A stretch of 64,000 nucleotides of DNA from Myxococcota bacterium (lineage in GTDB: Bacteria > Myxococcota_A > UBA9160 > UBA6930): NCBI GenBank assembly GCA_965223415.1, contig OZ245002.1, positions 1,664,001 through 1,728,000 on the forward strand, in the 5' to 3' direction. Below the pieces are notes generated by a model. That model searched no databases and was not told the DNA's origin. It saw only the letters and a list, made by a program, of their open reading frames with translations. Below are positions 9,254-19,290 of the stretch, piece by piece (the first letter of the stretch is position 1; every line of letters starts with the position of its first letter). The translations under genes were made by a program, and so were the position numbers.

Positions 9254-10699
9254 CTAGGCCTCGCGATACTCGTGCAGGCCCGCCTCCGTGCGGTGCCGCT
9301 TGAACGTCTTGAAGTCTCCCGGGAACAGGAAAGGGGTGTGGCCGGAAGACGTTCGGTAGTAGCTGGTGCAGTCGGGAGATCCCCAGGAGAACTTCTCGCG
9401 TTCGGAAGCGATCCAGTCGTTGTACGCCCGGTGGAGCTCCTCGCGAACCGCGATCGCCTTGAGTCCGGCGGCTTCCTTCTGGGCCAGCAGCTCCACGATC
9501 GCCGCGAGGTTGCTCTCGGCGGCGGCAAAGAAGGAGGCGGAGAGCAGCACGCCGTTGGGTCCGACCCCGAGGAAGTAGTTCGGAAAGCCCGGGACGGCGA
9601 TGCCCTTGAAGGCTTCGGGCGCCTGCTTCATCTGCTCGGCCAGGGAGCGGCCCTGCTCCCCGCGCACGTCGATGCGCTCGAAGTCCTGCACCCGATAACC
9701 GGTGCAGTAGACGATGACGTCGGCGTCGACCGTGCGGCCGTCCTCCGCCACCAGGCCCGTCTCGGTGACGGCCTTCGCCGCGCAGGGCACCAGGGTGACG
9801 TCGTCGCGCAGGAGGGCCGGGTAGAAATCGTCCGAGACGAGGGGCCGCTGGCAGCCGAAGTGCTGGGTTGGCATCAACGCCTGGCGCAGCTCCTCGTCGG
9901 GCACGGAGGCGGCCAGGTGCTTCCGTCCCATCTCCTCGACGGTGCTCATCGTCTTGTGCCCGAGCTGGGACGCGCCGTGGCTCAGGTTCAGCACCAGGTC
10001 GAGAAACGCGCGGTAACCGCGCATGGCGAGGGGAAGGTGGCGGAACAAGCTGCGGGTCAGCGGCTTGAACTTCTTGCAGCCGCGGGGAAGGATCCAGTTG
10101 GGCGAGCGCTGGAACACGTGGAGGTGGCCCGCCTGCTTCGCGATCTCCGGAACGATCTGGACGGCAGCCGCGGCCGAACCCACCACGGCGATGCGCTTGC
10201 CCTCGAGCGACACCTCGTGGTTCCAGTTCGTGCTGTGCCAGGAATCGCCGCGGAAGCGCTCGATGCCGTCGATCTCCGGCAAGATGGGCGTGTGCTGGTT
10301 CCCCATGGCGTTGATCACAAAGTCGAAGGTCGCGGTCTCGCCGCCTTCCGCCTCGAGGATCCATTCGCCGGCGCCCTGGTAGCGGGCGGCGGCGATCTTC
10401 GTGTTCAGCCGGAGATGGGGCTCGAGGCCGAACTCCCGGGCGCAGCGTTGGAGGTAGGCCTCGATCTCCGCCTGTCCGACGTAGCTGGCCGACCAGTCCG
10501 GGTTGCCCGCGCCAGTGAAGGTGTAGGCGTGCGCCTTCACGTCGCAGGCGAGGCCGGGGTAGGAGTGGATGTGCCAGGTTCCCCCGACCGCGCCTTCCTT
10601 CTCGAAGATCGTGAAGTCGCGAAAGCCCCGGCGGAGCAGCTCACGCCCGGCGATCAGGCCGACGGGTCCCGCTCCGATGACGGCGATTCGTGCACCCAT
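9254..10699 (-). CDS. Flavin-containing monooxygenase, Baeyer-Villiger type
   Basis: GAGPVG, GGTW...YPG..CD, FRGDSWHSTNW fingerprint, CTGY. Confidence 0.92.
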   Translation of the reverse strand: MGARIAVIGAGPVGLIAGRELLRRGFRDFTIFEKEGAVGGTWHIHSYPGLACDVKAHAYTFTGAGNPDWSASYVGQAEIEAYLQRCAREFGLEPHLRLNTKIAAARYQGAGEWILEAEGGETATFDFVINAMGNQHTPILPEIDGIERFRGDSWHSTNWNHEVSLEGKRIAVVGSAAAAVQIVPEIAKQAGHLHVFQRSPNWILPRGCKKFKPLTRSLFRHLPLAMRGYRAFLDLVLNLSHGASQLGHKTMSTVEEMGRKHLAASVPDEELRQALMPTQHFGCQRPLVSDDFYPALLRDDVTLVPCAAKAVTETGLVAEDGRTVDADVIVYCTGYRVQDFERIDVRGEQGRSLAEQMKQAPEAFKGIAVPGFPNYFLGVGPNGVLLSASFFAAAESNLAAIVELLAQKEAAGLKAIAVREELHRAYNDWIASEREKFSWGSPDCTSYYRTSSGHTPFLFPGDFKTFKRHRTEAGLHEYREA

Positions 10700-10726
10700 G
10701 GCCCGAGGGGGTAGCCCACCCGCGCG

Positions 10727-11074
10727 TCAGCTGCCGCGGCGGGCCTCGATCGCCGCCGCCAGCCCCTCGACCTCTTCGCGGCTGGCGCTCTCGAAGGGGA
10801 CCGACTTCCCTTCGCTGGCGGTGAGCTGGAGCTGGAAGGTCGGCTTCTTCCACGCCCACCAGCCGACCGCCGCCGCGATCGTGGCCAGGCCGGCGGGAAC
10901 GCCGATCCACCCGAGCTCGCCCATCGCAGCCGCCAGCATGACGAGCCCCGCGACGATCATCAGGATGGGGCCGTTGGCGGGGGGCGCGACCCGGACCACC
11001 TCCACCCGCTCGAGGCCCGAGATGTCGAGCTCGCGACCGAGCTTCGCTTCGAGAGGGGTCGTGCCGCTATTCAT
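10727..11074 (-). CDS. Small hypothetical membrane protein (two TM helices)
   Basis: Two hydrophobic segments; overlaps the kinase stop by 8 bp. Confidence 0.65.
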   Translation of the reverse strand: MNSGTTPLEAKLGRELDISGLERVEVVRVAPPANGPILMIVAGLVMLAAAMGELGWIGVPAGLATIAAAVGWWAWKKPTFQLQLTASEGKSVPFESASREEVEGLAAAIEARRGS

Positions 11075-13226
11075 CGCTGCCTCGAGCGGTTGGCTCCACG
11101 ATCAGGCTCTCGATTGCCGTCGTGAGCCCGATCGGTGAGAACGGTTTGGGAAGGAAATGGGTTCGGGCGAGCCCGGGCTCGCTGAGGCCGATCTCCCGGT
11201 CGCTGTAGCCGGACACGAAGAGCACGGGGAGATCGGGGCGATCGCGCCGCAGGTGGTCGGCCAGCTCGGGACCACGCATCTCGGGCATGACGACGTCGGA
11301 GACGAGCAGGTCGAGCTCCGCGGAGGCACCGTTGACCACGTCCAGGGCCGCGGGCCCATTCGCCGCCTCCAGGACGTCGAAGCCCGCGCGACGCAGCGTC
11401 TTGCACATCAGCGCCCGAACGCTCGACTCGTCCTCCACGAGCAGGACGCGGAGATCGCGCGCGACCGTCGGGCCGGCGTCCGTCCTCGGAGATGCGGCGG
11501 CGGCCGCCTCCCGGGCCTGCGCTCGCGGAAAGAAGAGCGCCACCCGGGTCCCCTGCCCCGGAGCGCTGTGCAAGCGGATGCCGCCGTGGCTCTGCTCGAC
11601 GATGCCGTAGACCGAGGCCAGCCCGAGGCCGGTGCCCTCGCCCACCTCCTTCGTGGTGAAGAAGGGCTCGAAGGCACGGTCCCGCGTCTCGGGCTCCATG
11701 CCGGCTCCGGAATCCTCCACCACGAGCTGGGCGTACTCTCCGGGGGGCACGCCGATGGCCGCCGATTCCTCCCGGCCGAGGTAGGTGCGCAGGGTCTCGA
11801 TTCGCAGCAGACCGCCCTGGGCCATGGCATCCCGGGCGTTCGTGGTGAGGTTGACGAGGACCCGCTGCATCTGGATCGGGTCGATCTCGACCTGCCAGGG
11901 CGCCGAGTCGAGGCGAAGCTCCAGCCGCACCTCTTCGCGGACCAGGCTCTGCAGCATCCCCCGAAGGTCCGTCACCAGGGTGTCGAGGGTCGTCCGGCGC
12001 GGCTGCAGGAGCTGCTTGCGACCGAAGGCCAGCAGCTGTCCCGTCAGCGCCGCGGCCCGGCGCGCGGCCCGGCGGATCTCCTCGGCGGCGCCGCTGTCCT
12101 GGAGCTCCTCGGCGTAGCCGGTGATCACGGTGAGCAGGTTGTTGAAGTCGTGAGCCACGCCCCCGGCGAGCACGCCCAGGCTCTCGAGCTTCTGGGCCTC
12201 GGCCAGGTGCTCCCGTGCCGCGCGCTCCTGCGTGATGTCGCGCCCGGCGAAGATCCAGCGCTCTTCGCCCTCGGGCGTCTGGTAGCGGCTGGCCACGACC
12301 TCCTGCCAGACGCTGTGGCCGTGGCGGTGGCGATTTTCCACCTCGACCCGCTGGCCGGGCCGGAGGCTCTCCTCCACCGGGGGGGGCCTCGTGGGCGGGT
12401 TGGCCAGGAGAAAGCTCGGCTCACGTCCGACGATCTCTTCCGGCTTGAATCCCAGCACCTCCTCGAGACGAGGATTCGCGTACAGGACCACGCCGTGCTC
12501 ATCGGTCTCCGTCAGGGTCTGGAACGATTCGTCGCTGATCGCCAGGAAACGCGCCTGCTCGCCCTCGAGGCGGCGCGCCATCTCCTCGGCGAGGTGGCGC
12601 GCCTCGTCGGCTTCGTCGAGGGCCCGGGCCCGCAGCCTCTCACCCAGGGCCATTCCGCCGAAGACGACCACGGTGAACGCCGTCGTTGCCCACGCCACCA
12701 CCATGGGCGAACGCGCCTCGTCCAGGAACCGCTCGCCCTGGAGCATGGCCAGGGACCAGGCCGACAGGACCACGACGCAGGTCCAGAGCCATCCAGCCCG
12801 GGTGCCGACCACCAGCATGGCAGCCACGGGCACCAGGAAGAGGAACGCGATCGAGAGCGTCTCGTCCCAGACGAACCCGGCATGCCCGCCCAGATCGATG
12901 AAGACCCCGAGCGGGATCCAGTGACCAGCGGCCCGAACCGAGTGGGTGAGCCACAGGGTCGGAAGGGGAAGCGCCCAGAGCACCGTGGCGATCCAAGAGA
13001 GCTTCGGGCTGAGCCCCGGCTCACCTTGCCCGGCGACCAGCGCACCGATCGACCCGGCCAGGACGCACAGCAAGGAGATCCCCATCAGGGCCCGAACCCG
13101 AGTCCGCTCCACGGGCCGGCTGGCCGCGAGCACTTCGGCGGGAACCAGGCGATCGAGCAGGTGATGGGTGAGAAAGTCCGGGCGAGGCTGCACGCTTTCC
13201 CCCGAGAGCCAGGGGCCAGGATACAT
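11067..13226 (-). CDS. Hybrid sensor histidine kinase (multi-TM, PAS, HisKA, HATPase, receiver)
   Basis: GGVAHDFNNLL, NLTTNARDAM, PFFTTKEVGEGTGLGL, LLVEDE...DVVMP. Confidence 0.95.
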   Translation of the reverse strand: MYPGPWLSGESVQPRPDFLTHHLLDRLVPAEVLAASRPVERTRVRALMGISLLCVLAGSIGALVAGQGEPGLSPKLSWIATVLWALPLPTLWLTHSVRAAGHWIPLGVFIDLGGHAGFVWDETLSIAFLFLVPVAAMLVVGTRAGWLWTCVVVLSAWSLAMLQGERFLDEARSPMVVAWATTAFTVVVFGGMALGERLRARALDEADEARHLAEEMARRLEGEQARFLAISDESFQTLTETDEHGVVLYANPRLEEVLGFKPEEIVGREPSFLLANPPTRPPPVEESLRPGQRVEVENRHRHGHSVWQEVVASRYQTPEGEERWIFAGRDITQERAAREHLAEAQKLESLGVLAGGVAHDFNNLLTVITGYAEELQDSGAAEEIRRAARRAAALTGQLLAFGRKQLLQPRRTTLDTLVTDLRGMLQSLVREEVRLELRLDSAPWQVEIDPIQMQRVLVNLTTNARDAMAQGGLLRIETLRTYLGREESAAIGVPPGEYAQLVVEDSGAGMEPETRDRAFEPFFTTKEVGEGTGLGLASVYGIVEQSHGGIRLHSAPGQGTRVALFFPRAQAREAAAAASPRTDAGPTVARDLRVLLVEDESSVRALMCKTLRRAGFDVLEAANGPAALDVVNGASAELDLLVSDVVMPEMRGPELADHLRRDRPDLPVLFVSGYSDREIGLSEPGLARTHFLPKPFSPIGLTTAIESLIVEPTARGSDE

Positions 13227-13288
13227 GCTGCGCCCAAACTCGCAGTGCCTACAATCTCGGCTCCCCCGACGGAGGCACCCGAGCCAAG

Positions 13289-14053
13289 ATGTCCGACGAG
13301 CAGACCCGGGATCCGGGTTCCCTCCCGCCCCACAAGACCCTCACCAGCTACTACGACTCGGATCCGGAGCGAAGCGCCTACGTCCACGATCTCTTCAAGC
13401 GCACCGCTCCCCACTACAACACGATCGAGCGCATCTTCGGCAACGGCGGGCTCGCCTACCGACGCTACTCGCTCCGCTTCAACGGGCTCCGGGCGGGCAT
13501 GAAGGTGCTGGACGTGGCGATCGGCACCGCCGCCGTCTCACGCGGCGCCGTGAAGGAGGTCGGTCCGACCGGCCAGGTCTTCGGCGTCGACCCCAACGAG
13601 GGCATGCTCGCCGAAGCGCGCAAGAACTTCTCGGGCCCGCTCACCCGCGGCGTCGCCCAGGCCCTGCCCTTCAAGAGCGACACCTTCGACTTCGTGACGA
13701 TGGGCATCGCTCTCCGTCACGTCTCGGACCTGAAGGCGACCTTCTCCGAGTACTACCGGGTGCTCAAGCCCGGAGGCCGCGTGTGGCTGCTCGAGGGCCA
13801 CGTCGCGAAGAGCCGGATCGGCCACGCCCTCACCCGCTTCGTCTGGAAGACGGTGGTCCCGGGCCTCACCCTGCTCTTCACCCGCGATCGCGACGCCAAG
13901 CTGCTGATGGACTACTACTGGGACACCGTCGAGCAGTGCGTCCCCGAAGAGCAGATCGTGGAGGCCATGCGGAGCGCGGGGTTCGAGCACGCCCGCGTCC
14001 GGGTGACGATGCCCGGGGCATTCTGCGAGTACAAGGGGCAGAAGCCGGAGTAG
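13289..14053 (+). CDS. Class I SAM-dependent methyltransferase (UbiE/MenG-like)
   Basis: VLDVAIGTA, GVDPNEGML, LPF..DTFD, EYYRVLKPGG. Confidence 0.85.
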   Translation: MSDEQTRDPGSLPPHKTLTSYYDSDPERSAYVHDLFKRTAPHYNTIERIFGNGGLAYRRYSLRFNGLRAGMKVLDVAIGTAAVSRGAVKEVGPTGQVFGVDPNEGMLAEARKNFSGPLTRGVAQALPFKSDTFDFVTMGIALRHVSDLKATFSEYYRVLKPGGRVWLLEGHVAKSRIGHALTRFVWKTVVPGLTLLFTRDRDAKLLMDYYWDTVEQCVPEEQIVEAMRSAGFEHARVRVTMPGAFCEYKGQKPE

Positions 14054-14086
14054 GCACGGGGCCGGTGCAGCGACGGGGAGCCTTCG

Positions 14087-14632
14087 CTAGTCCTCCGCCT
14101 CCCGCCCGCGAAACCCAAGCTCGCCGAGCTTCCGGGCGATATCCTGCCCGGCGGTTCCGACCTGCACCTCCTTGTCGATCGCGCGGATCACGCCTTCGCG
14201 ATCGATGTAGAAGGTCCAGCGGCGGGCGAAGAGGCCGCCGAAGCCGCGCACGCCGTAGGCCTTCGCCGCGTCACCGCTGGTGTCGGAGAGGAGGGTCTGG
14301 GTGGTGTCGAGGCTCTCGGCGAACTCCCGGTTCTTCTCGGGATCGTCGAGGCTCACCATGAACACGGCGGCTTCGTAGGCGGCGAGGTCGGAGGCGCTGT
14401 CCCGCAGCGCCTGGAGCTCCTGGGTTCAGCCGGGAGTGAAGGCCTTCGGGAACCAGGCGAGCACGAGCTCCCGCTGGCCCACGAAGTCCCCGAGCGCGTA
14501 GGTCTTGCCGTCCGAGCCTGCCAGGCGGAACGGCGGCGCGGGGTCGCCCGGGGAGAGATCCGCAGCGGCTGCAGCGGCGACGCCGAGAACGAGCAGGGCG
14601 ACCACGAGCAAGGGGAAGGCGAGTCGCATCAC
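14087..14632 (-). CDS. Selenocysteine-containing peroxiredoxin (BCP/PrxQ type) with N-terminal signal peptide; in-frame UGA at 14426-14428
   Basis: ORFs 14426..14632 and 14087..14365 are in the same frame. The joined protein reads FPKAFTPG-U-TQE, with UGA at the peroxidatic Cys position, then ARRWTFYID. A hairpin follows the UGA and selB is in the window. Confidence 0.9.
14392..14412 (-). promoter_or_regulatory. Bacterial SECIS-like hairpin
   Basis: AGGCGCUG-CGGGA-CAGCGCCU is a perfect 8-bp stem starting 13 nt after the UGA, with G at loop position 2. Confidence 0.8.
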
Positions 14633-14652
14633 CTACCGAGCATAGCCGGGCC

Positions 14653-15294
14653 TCAGAGGTCGACGACCATGAGCTGCACGTGATGGCGGCGGCCCTCCGG
14701 CGAGCGCAGGCCCGGCGTCGGAACCGGGGGCCCGTGGCGGCGGAAGCCGACGCGCTCGAAGAAGCCGATGGCCGGGTGGTTCTCGGCGAGCGTTCCGAGG
14801 TGGCAGCCCGGCGAGCCGCGCTCGCGAAGCCGGGCGAACCAGGCATCCGTCAGGCGACGGCCGGCGCCGCGGCCGCGCACCGGTGCGAGGAGATCGATGT
14901 GGAGATGAGAGGGCCAGCGCGGATCGTCGAGCTCGCCGTCCGGGATGCCCATGCGAAGGGCGTCCACGAAGGACCGCCACAGGAAGCCGGCGGTGCCCGG
15001 GCGAAGGAGCAGGCCGTAGCGCAGGGCGCTCTTCAGGATCGCGCGTTCGGGGCTGGGCGCACGGCGGGTGTCGACGCAGCCGATCAGGTACCCCCGCACC
15101 TCGCCTTCGTGCTCCACGACCCAGGCCGATTCCGGCTCCTCGTCGGTGTAGTAGCCGGACCAGATGTCGGAGAAGCTGTCACGGTGGCGCCAGTAGAAGC
15201 TCGGCGAGGCACCCATGTAGCCGGTCTCGTAGGTGACCCGGCGAAGGCCGGACCGATCGGCGGAGCGATAGGGTCGAACGTCCAGCTCGGTCAC
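14653..15294 (-). CDS. GNAT family N-acetyltransferase
   Basis: SHLHIDLL..VRGRGAGR, N..AIGFFERVGF. Confidence 0.88.
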   Translation of the reverse strand: MTELDVRPYRSADRSGLRRVTYETGYMGASPSFYWRHRDSFSDIWSGYYTDEEPESAWVVEHEGEVRGYLIGCVDTRRAPSPERAILKSALRYGLLLRPGTAGFLWRSFVDALRMGIPDGELDDPRWPSHLHIDLLAPVRGRGAGRRLTDAWFARLRERGSPGCHLGTLAENHPAIGFFERVGFRRHGPPVPTPGLRSPEGRRHHVQLMVVDL

Positions 15295-15299
15295 AGCGC

Positions 15300-18200
15300 T
15301 CAGCGCAGGGCGGCGAGCGGATCCTGGCGGAGTCGCTCACCCACCTGGAGGAATCGCCGTCGGAGCGGCTCCTCTTCGAACGGCTCCGCCAGGGCCGCGA
15401 GGGTCGCAGCCGCGTCCGCGTGGTGCTTCTCAGCCTCCCCGTCGTGGCCCCGGCGTCGGGCCAGCTCGCCGAGCAGCGCGAGGGCGCGCCGGCGGATCGG
15501 CGGGTAGCCGATCGCGTCCGTCGAGGCGAGGGCTTCCCGCAGGCTCTCTTCAGCAGCGCCGCGCTCGTCGAGGTGGAGCCAGGCGCGCCCGCGCAGCTCG
15601 AGGGCGCGGGCGACGAGCTTGGCCGCGTCGTTGCGGCGCGCACCAGCGAGCTCCTCGTCCAGGAGCGGAAGGGCTCGCTCGGGCTCGCCGCGGGCGATCC
15701 ACAGCCGCGCCTCCGCGTCCTGAAGATGGAGCGAGTAGCGCCAGCGCATCCACGGATCGTCGCCCCCGGCGAGGTCGGCGCGAACCGGCTCCAGCACGGC
15801 GTCGGCTCCAGCGAGATCTTCGAGCGCGATGCGGTTGCCGGCCTTGTTGATCGACGCGTTCCCGTGGATCTCGTTGACCCCCGCCACCAGCTCGAGATCG
15901 AGCAGCTCCTGCGCCGTCTCGACGGAGCGGCGATTGAAATCCTCGGCGAGCTCGTCGGCCCCGAGCTCCGCGTGGATCCAGCCCAGGGTGTTCAGCATGC
16001 GCGTGCGCTGGTGACGATCCCCGATGCGCTCGGCCAGCTCGTCCGCGTCGCGGATGAGCCGCAGCGCCTCGCCGTACTGCCCCAGACAGCAATGGGCCTT
16101 GGCCCGGGACCACTGGCCGGGGATCAGGAGCCCTGGCAGGCGGTGCTTGCGTGCGAGCTCGACGCCCTCGGCCTGCGCCGCCGCCGCCTCCCGGTAGCGC
16201 CCGCACCACTCCGCGTACTGACCCTGCAGGTAGCGCAGCACGATCACGACCTCGGGGTGGGTGGGCGCCAGCCGTTCGACCTCCTCGAGCAGCCGATCCT
16301 GCTCCGGGAACTCGGCGACGATCGCATGGCGGAACACCTCGAGGGTCTTTGCGAAGGCGAGCCCTTCGCCGAGGCCGTGCTCCCGAGAGAGCCGCGCGCA
16401 CGCCGCCACCGCCTCGTCCATCTGGGGATAGTGATGGCCCCAGGCGAAGCCGTGGGCCGCACGGCCCAGGTTCAGCACGACGTCGGTGGGATCGTCCGCC
16501 AGCTCGGCAGCGCGAAGAAAGGCGTCGCCGGAGGCCTGGAACTCGCTCATGGCACTGGTGCACATGCCCAGCAGCTCTTCCAGCTCGCGGAGGGTCGCAG
16601 CGGACACCGCCTCGCCCAGCCGTTCGGCGATGGCGAGGGCGCGCCGCGCGTACTCGCGCGCGGACTGGTTCGCAAAGGCCTCGGCGGCCCGCTCGGCCGC
16701 GCGCATGTCGTAGAAGAAGGCCTTGTCCCACTCCTCGGCGGCGGTGAAGTGGTGAGCGAGATGGTCGAAGTGCTCGGCCAGGCGATCGCGGTAGAGCTCC
16801 TCGATCGCCAGGCCGACGAGCCGGTGCAGCTCCTTGCGGCGGCTCTCGAGAACGCTGTCGTAGGCGACGTCGCGGGTGAGCGCGTGCTTGAACATGAAGG
16901 CCAGCTCGGGATGCGCGGCCGTCTCGTAGATCAGCTCCAGGGAGCGGAGCTCGTCGATCACCGGCTCGATGTCGCCGCCAACCGCCGCCGCGTGCTCGAG
17001 AAGGCGGAGCGCGAACTCCCGACCGATCACGGCGCCGAGCTGAAGGGCGCGCTTGGGCTCGTCGGCCAGACGATCGAGGCGCGCCATCAGCACGTCCTGG
17101 ATCGAGTCGGGAACCGAGCCGCCGTCGAGCTTGCGGGCCACCTCCACCCGGCCGGCAACGGGGCGCAGGGTGCCGTCCTCGACCAGGGACTGGATCACCT
17201 CCTCGACGAAGAAGGGGTTGCCCTCCGCCCGGGCGGCGATGAGATCGCGGAGCTCTCCGGGCACGCTGTGGGCGGCGAGGACCTGCTCGGCCATGCGACC
17301 CATCTCCGCCGGGCTCAGGGGCTGGAGCGAGAGGCGAAGGTAGAAGCTGCGATCGCCGAAGGGGTGGCGGTAGCCGGGCCGGTGGGTCAGCACGAGGAGG
17401 ATGCGACTCGCCGGGACGCTGTCGATCACGAAGGCGAGGAACTCCTCCGAGGCCTTGTCGATCCAGTGGATGTCCTCGATCACGAACACGAAGGGCGCAT
17501 CCCGGGCCGCGCGCTGGAGCTGGGCGCGAAGCGCATCGAAGGTGCGACTGCGCCGGGTGGCAGCGTCCATGGCGTCGACTTCCTCGTCGCCGCTCGGCAA
17601 CGAGAGCAGGGTCTTCAGGTAGGGGAGCGTCCATGCGAGCTCGCCGCCGGCCTCGCTCTCGACGCGGTCCATCCGTTCGAGGGCCACGGCGTCGTCGTCA
17701 CCGGAATCGATGCCGAACGCCTGGCGCAGAGCGTCGATGATGGGGTGGAACGGAAAGTCGCGGGCGTAGGTCATGCAGCGACCTTCCGCCCATCGATGGG
17801 GTCGCCCGGCCAGGCTCCGCTGGAACTCGTACCGCAGGCGCGATTTCCCGATGCCCGCCTCGCCGACCAGGAAGGCCACCTGGCCGACGCCGGAAGCCGC
17901 GGAATCGAAGGCCCGCTGCAGGGCCGCGAGCTCCAGCTCCCGGCCGACCAGCGGCGTCAGGCCTCGTTCGGCCTGGGCCTCGACGCGCCCGGGCACGCTT
18001 CGCTCCCGCTGGGCCACGAAGGCGCGCACCGGCTCGGCCTTTCCCTTCAGGTCGAAGCTCCCGCGATCCTCCAGGTCGAAGAAGCCCTCCACCGAGCTTC
18101 GGGTCGCCTCGGAGACCAACACGGCACCGGGCGGCGCGGCCGCCTGCAGCCTTGACGCCAGGTTGGTCGTGTCGCCGACGGCGGTGTAGTCCATGCGCAG

Positions 18201-18827
18201 GTCGTCGCCGATGCGACCGACCACCACCGGGCCGGAGTGGATGCCGACCCGCATGTGCAGGGGCGCGCCGTAGCGCCGGGCAACCTCCTCGGAGAGGGGC
18301 CCGAGGGAGCGCTGAACGGCCAGCGCGGCGGCGACGGCTCGCCGGGGTGCATCTTCCAGGGCGAGGGGCGCGCCGAACAGAGCCATTACGCCGTCGCCGA
18401 GGAACTGGTTCACCGTTCCCTCGAAGCGGTGCACCTGATCGAGGATCAACGCGAAGCAGCGATCCATGATCTCGTGCATCGCTTCGGCACCGATGCGCTC
18501 GGCGAGGGCGGTGGAATCCGCGAGGTCGCAGAAGAGGACGGTGACGTTCTTGCGCTCGCCTTCCATCGCCGCGCGGCTCTGCAGGATCCGCTCGGCGAGG
18601 TGGGCCGGTGTGTAGGCGCTGGGGGCGTCGGGCGACTGCGACGCCTCGCCGGCCGGCGCCGACGCCTCGCTGGCCGGCGTCAGCCGCTCACCACAGGCGT
18701 TGCAGAAGGAGGACGCGGGCGGGTTGCCATGGCCGCAGCTCGCGCAGGCAGCGGACAGGGGCGCACCGCACCCGTTGCAGAAACGGGCGCCGGTCGGGTT
18801 CTCCCGTTCGCAGGCCGAGCAATCCAC
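15300..18827 (-). CDS. Double zinc ribbon / class III nucleotidyl cyclase / AAA(STAND) ATPase / TPR protein
   Basis: N-terminal CxxC pairs, VLFCDL, FLGDGVMALFGAP, GDTTNLASR, Walker A GEAGIGKS, Walker B VIEDIHW, helical repeat C-terminus. Confidence 0.93.
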   Translation of the reverse strand: MDCSACERENPTGARFCNGCGAPLSAACASCGHGNPPASSFCNACGERLTPASEASAPAGEASQSPDAPSAYTPAHLAERILQSRAAMEGERKNVTVLFCDLADSTALAERIGAEAMHEIMDRCFALILDQVHRFEGTVNQFLGDGVMALFGAPLALEDAPRRAVAAALAVQRSLGPLSEEVARRYGAPLHMRVGIHSGPVVVGRIGDDLRMDYTAVGDTTNLASRLQAAAPPGAVLVSEATRSSVEGFFDLEDRGSFDLKGKAEPVRAFVAQRERSVPGRVEAQAERGLTPLVGRELELAALQRAFDSAASGVGQVAFLVGEAGIGKSRLRYEFQRSLAGRPHRWAEGRCMTYARDFPFHPIIDALRQAFGIDSGDDDAVALERMDRVESEAGGELAWTLPYLKTLLSLPSGDEEVDAMDAATRRSRTFDALRAQLQRAARDAPFVFVIEDIHWIDKASEEFLAFVIDSVPASRILLVLTHRPGYRHPFGDRSFYLRLSLQPLSPAEMGRMAEQVLAAHSVPGELRDLIAARAEGNPFFVEEVIQSLVEDGTLRPVAGRVEVARKLDGGSVPDSIQDVLMARLDRLADEPKRALQLGAVIGREFALRLLEHAAAVGGDIEPVIDELRSLELIYETAAHPELAFMFKHALTRDVAYDSVLESRRKELHRLVGLAIEELYRDRLAEHFDHLAHHFTAAEEWDKAFFYDMRAAERAAEAFANQSAREYARRALAIAERLGEAVSAATLRELEELLGMCTSAMSEFQASGDAFLRAAELADDPTDVVLNLGRAAHGFAWGHHYPQMDEAVAACARLSREHGLGEGLAFAKTLEVFRHAIVAEFPEQDRLLEEVERLAPTHPEVVIVLRYLQGQYAEWCGRYREAAAAQAEGVELARKHRLPGLLIPGQWSRAKAHCCLGQYGEALRLIRDADELAERIGDRHQRTRMLNTLGWIHAELGADELAEDFNRRSVETAQELLDLELVAGVNEIHGNASINKAGNRIALEDLAGADAVLEPVRADLAGGDDPWMRWRYSLHLQDAEARLWIARGEPERALPLLDEELAGARRNDAAKLVARALELRGRAWLHLDERGAAEESLREALASTDAIGYPPIRRRALALLGELARRRGHDGEAEKHHADAAATLAALAEPFEEEPLRRRFLQVGERLRQDPLAALR

Positions 18828-18883
18828 CGCGGGCTCCAGCGCACGAGGCGCTCCGCGATCCTAGCGCCGCGGAGTCCCGCGGC

Positions 18884-19201
18884 TCAGGAAGCGCAGGCGA
18901 CGCACACGGGCGTATGAGGGATGGCGTCGAGGCGGCGTGCGTCGATGGCTTCGCCGCAGCTCACGCAGGTGCCGAAACGGCCGTCCTCGATCCGGGCCAG
19001 GGCGGCGTCGATCGCGTCGAGCTCCTCCCGCCCGGAGGCATCCAGGCCCTCCAGCACCTCGTCGTTCTCGGCCTCCGTGGCCCGCTCTTCCGAATCCGGA
19101 TGCTGGGGGCGGCGGAGATCCGTCTCGATGCGACCGACCCGACGGGCGAGCACCCGGCGGCGCGCCTCCAGATTGTCTCGATGGGCTTCGACGGACGTCA
19201 T
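18884..19201 (-). CDS. TraR/DksA C4-type zinc finger protein
   Basis: ALARIEDGRFGTCVSCGEAI...RLDAIP...CVAC. Confidence 0.9.
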   Translation of the reverse strand: MTSVEAHRDNLEARRRVLARRVGRIETDLRRPQHPDSEERATEAENDEVLEGLDASGREELDAIDAALARIEDGRFGTCVSCGEAIDARRLDAIPHTPVCVACAS

Positions 19202-19290
19202 GGCTGCGCTCCCGGCTGCGCCTCCCCGGGGGAGGACTCTACGGAGAATACGCAACTCGGGGATCGGGCCCAGGCCGGTCGGGGCCCGCC

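Noticed and set aside
14426..14428. Peroxiredoxin as a nonsense pseudogene
   Set aside because: The stop is UGA exactly at the catalytic Cys codon, followed by a SECIS-like hairpin, and selB is present.
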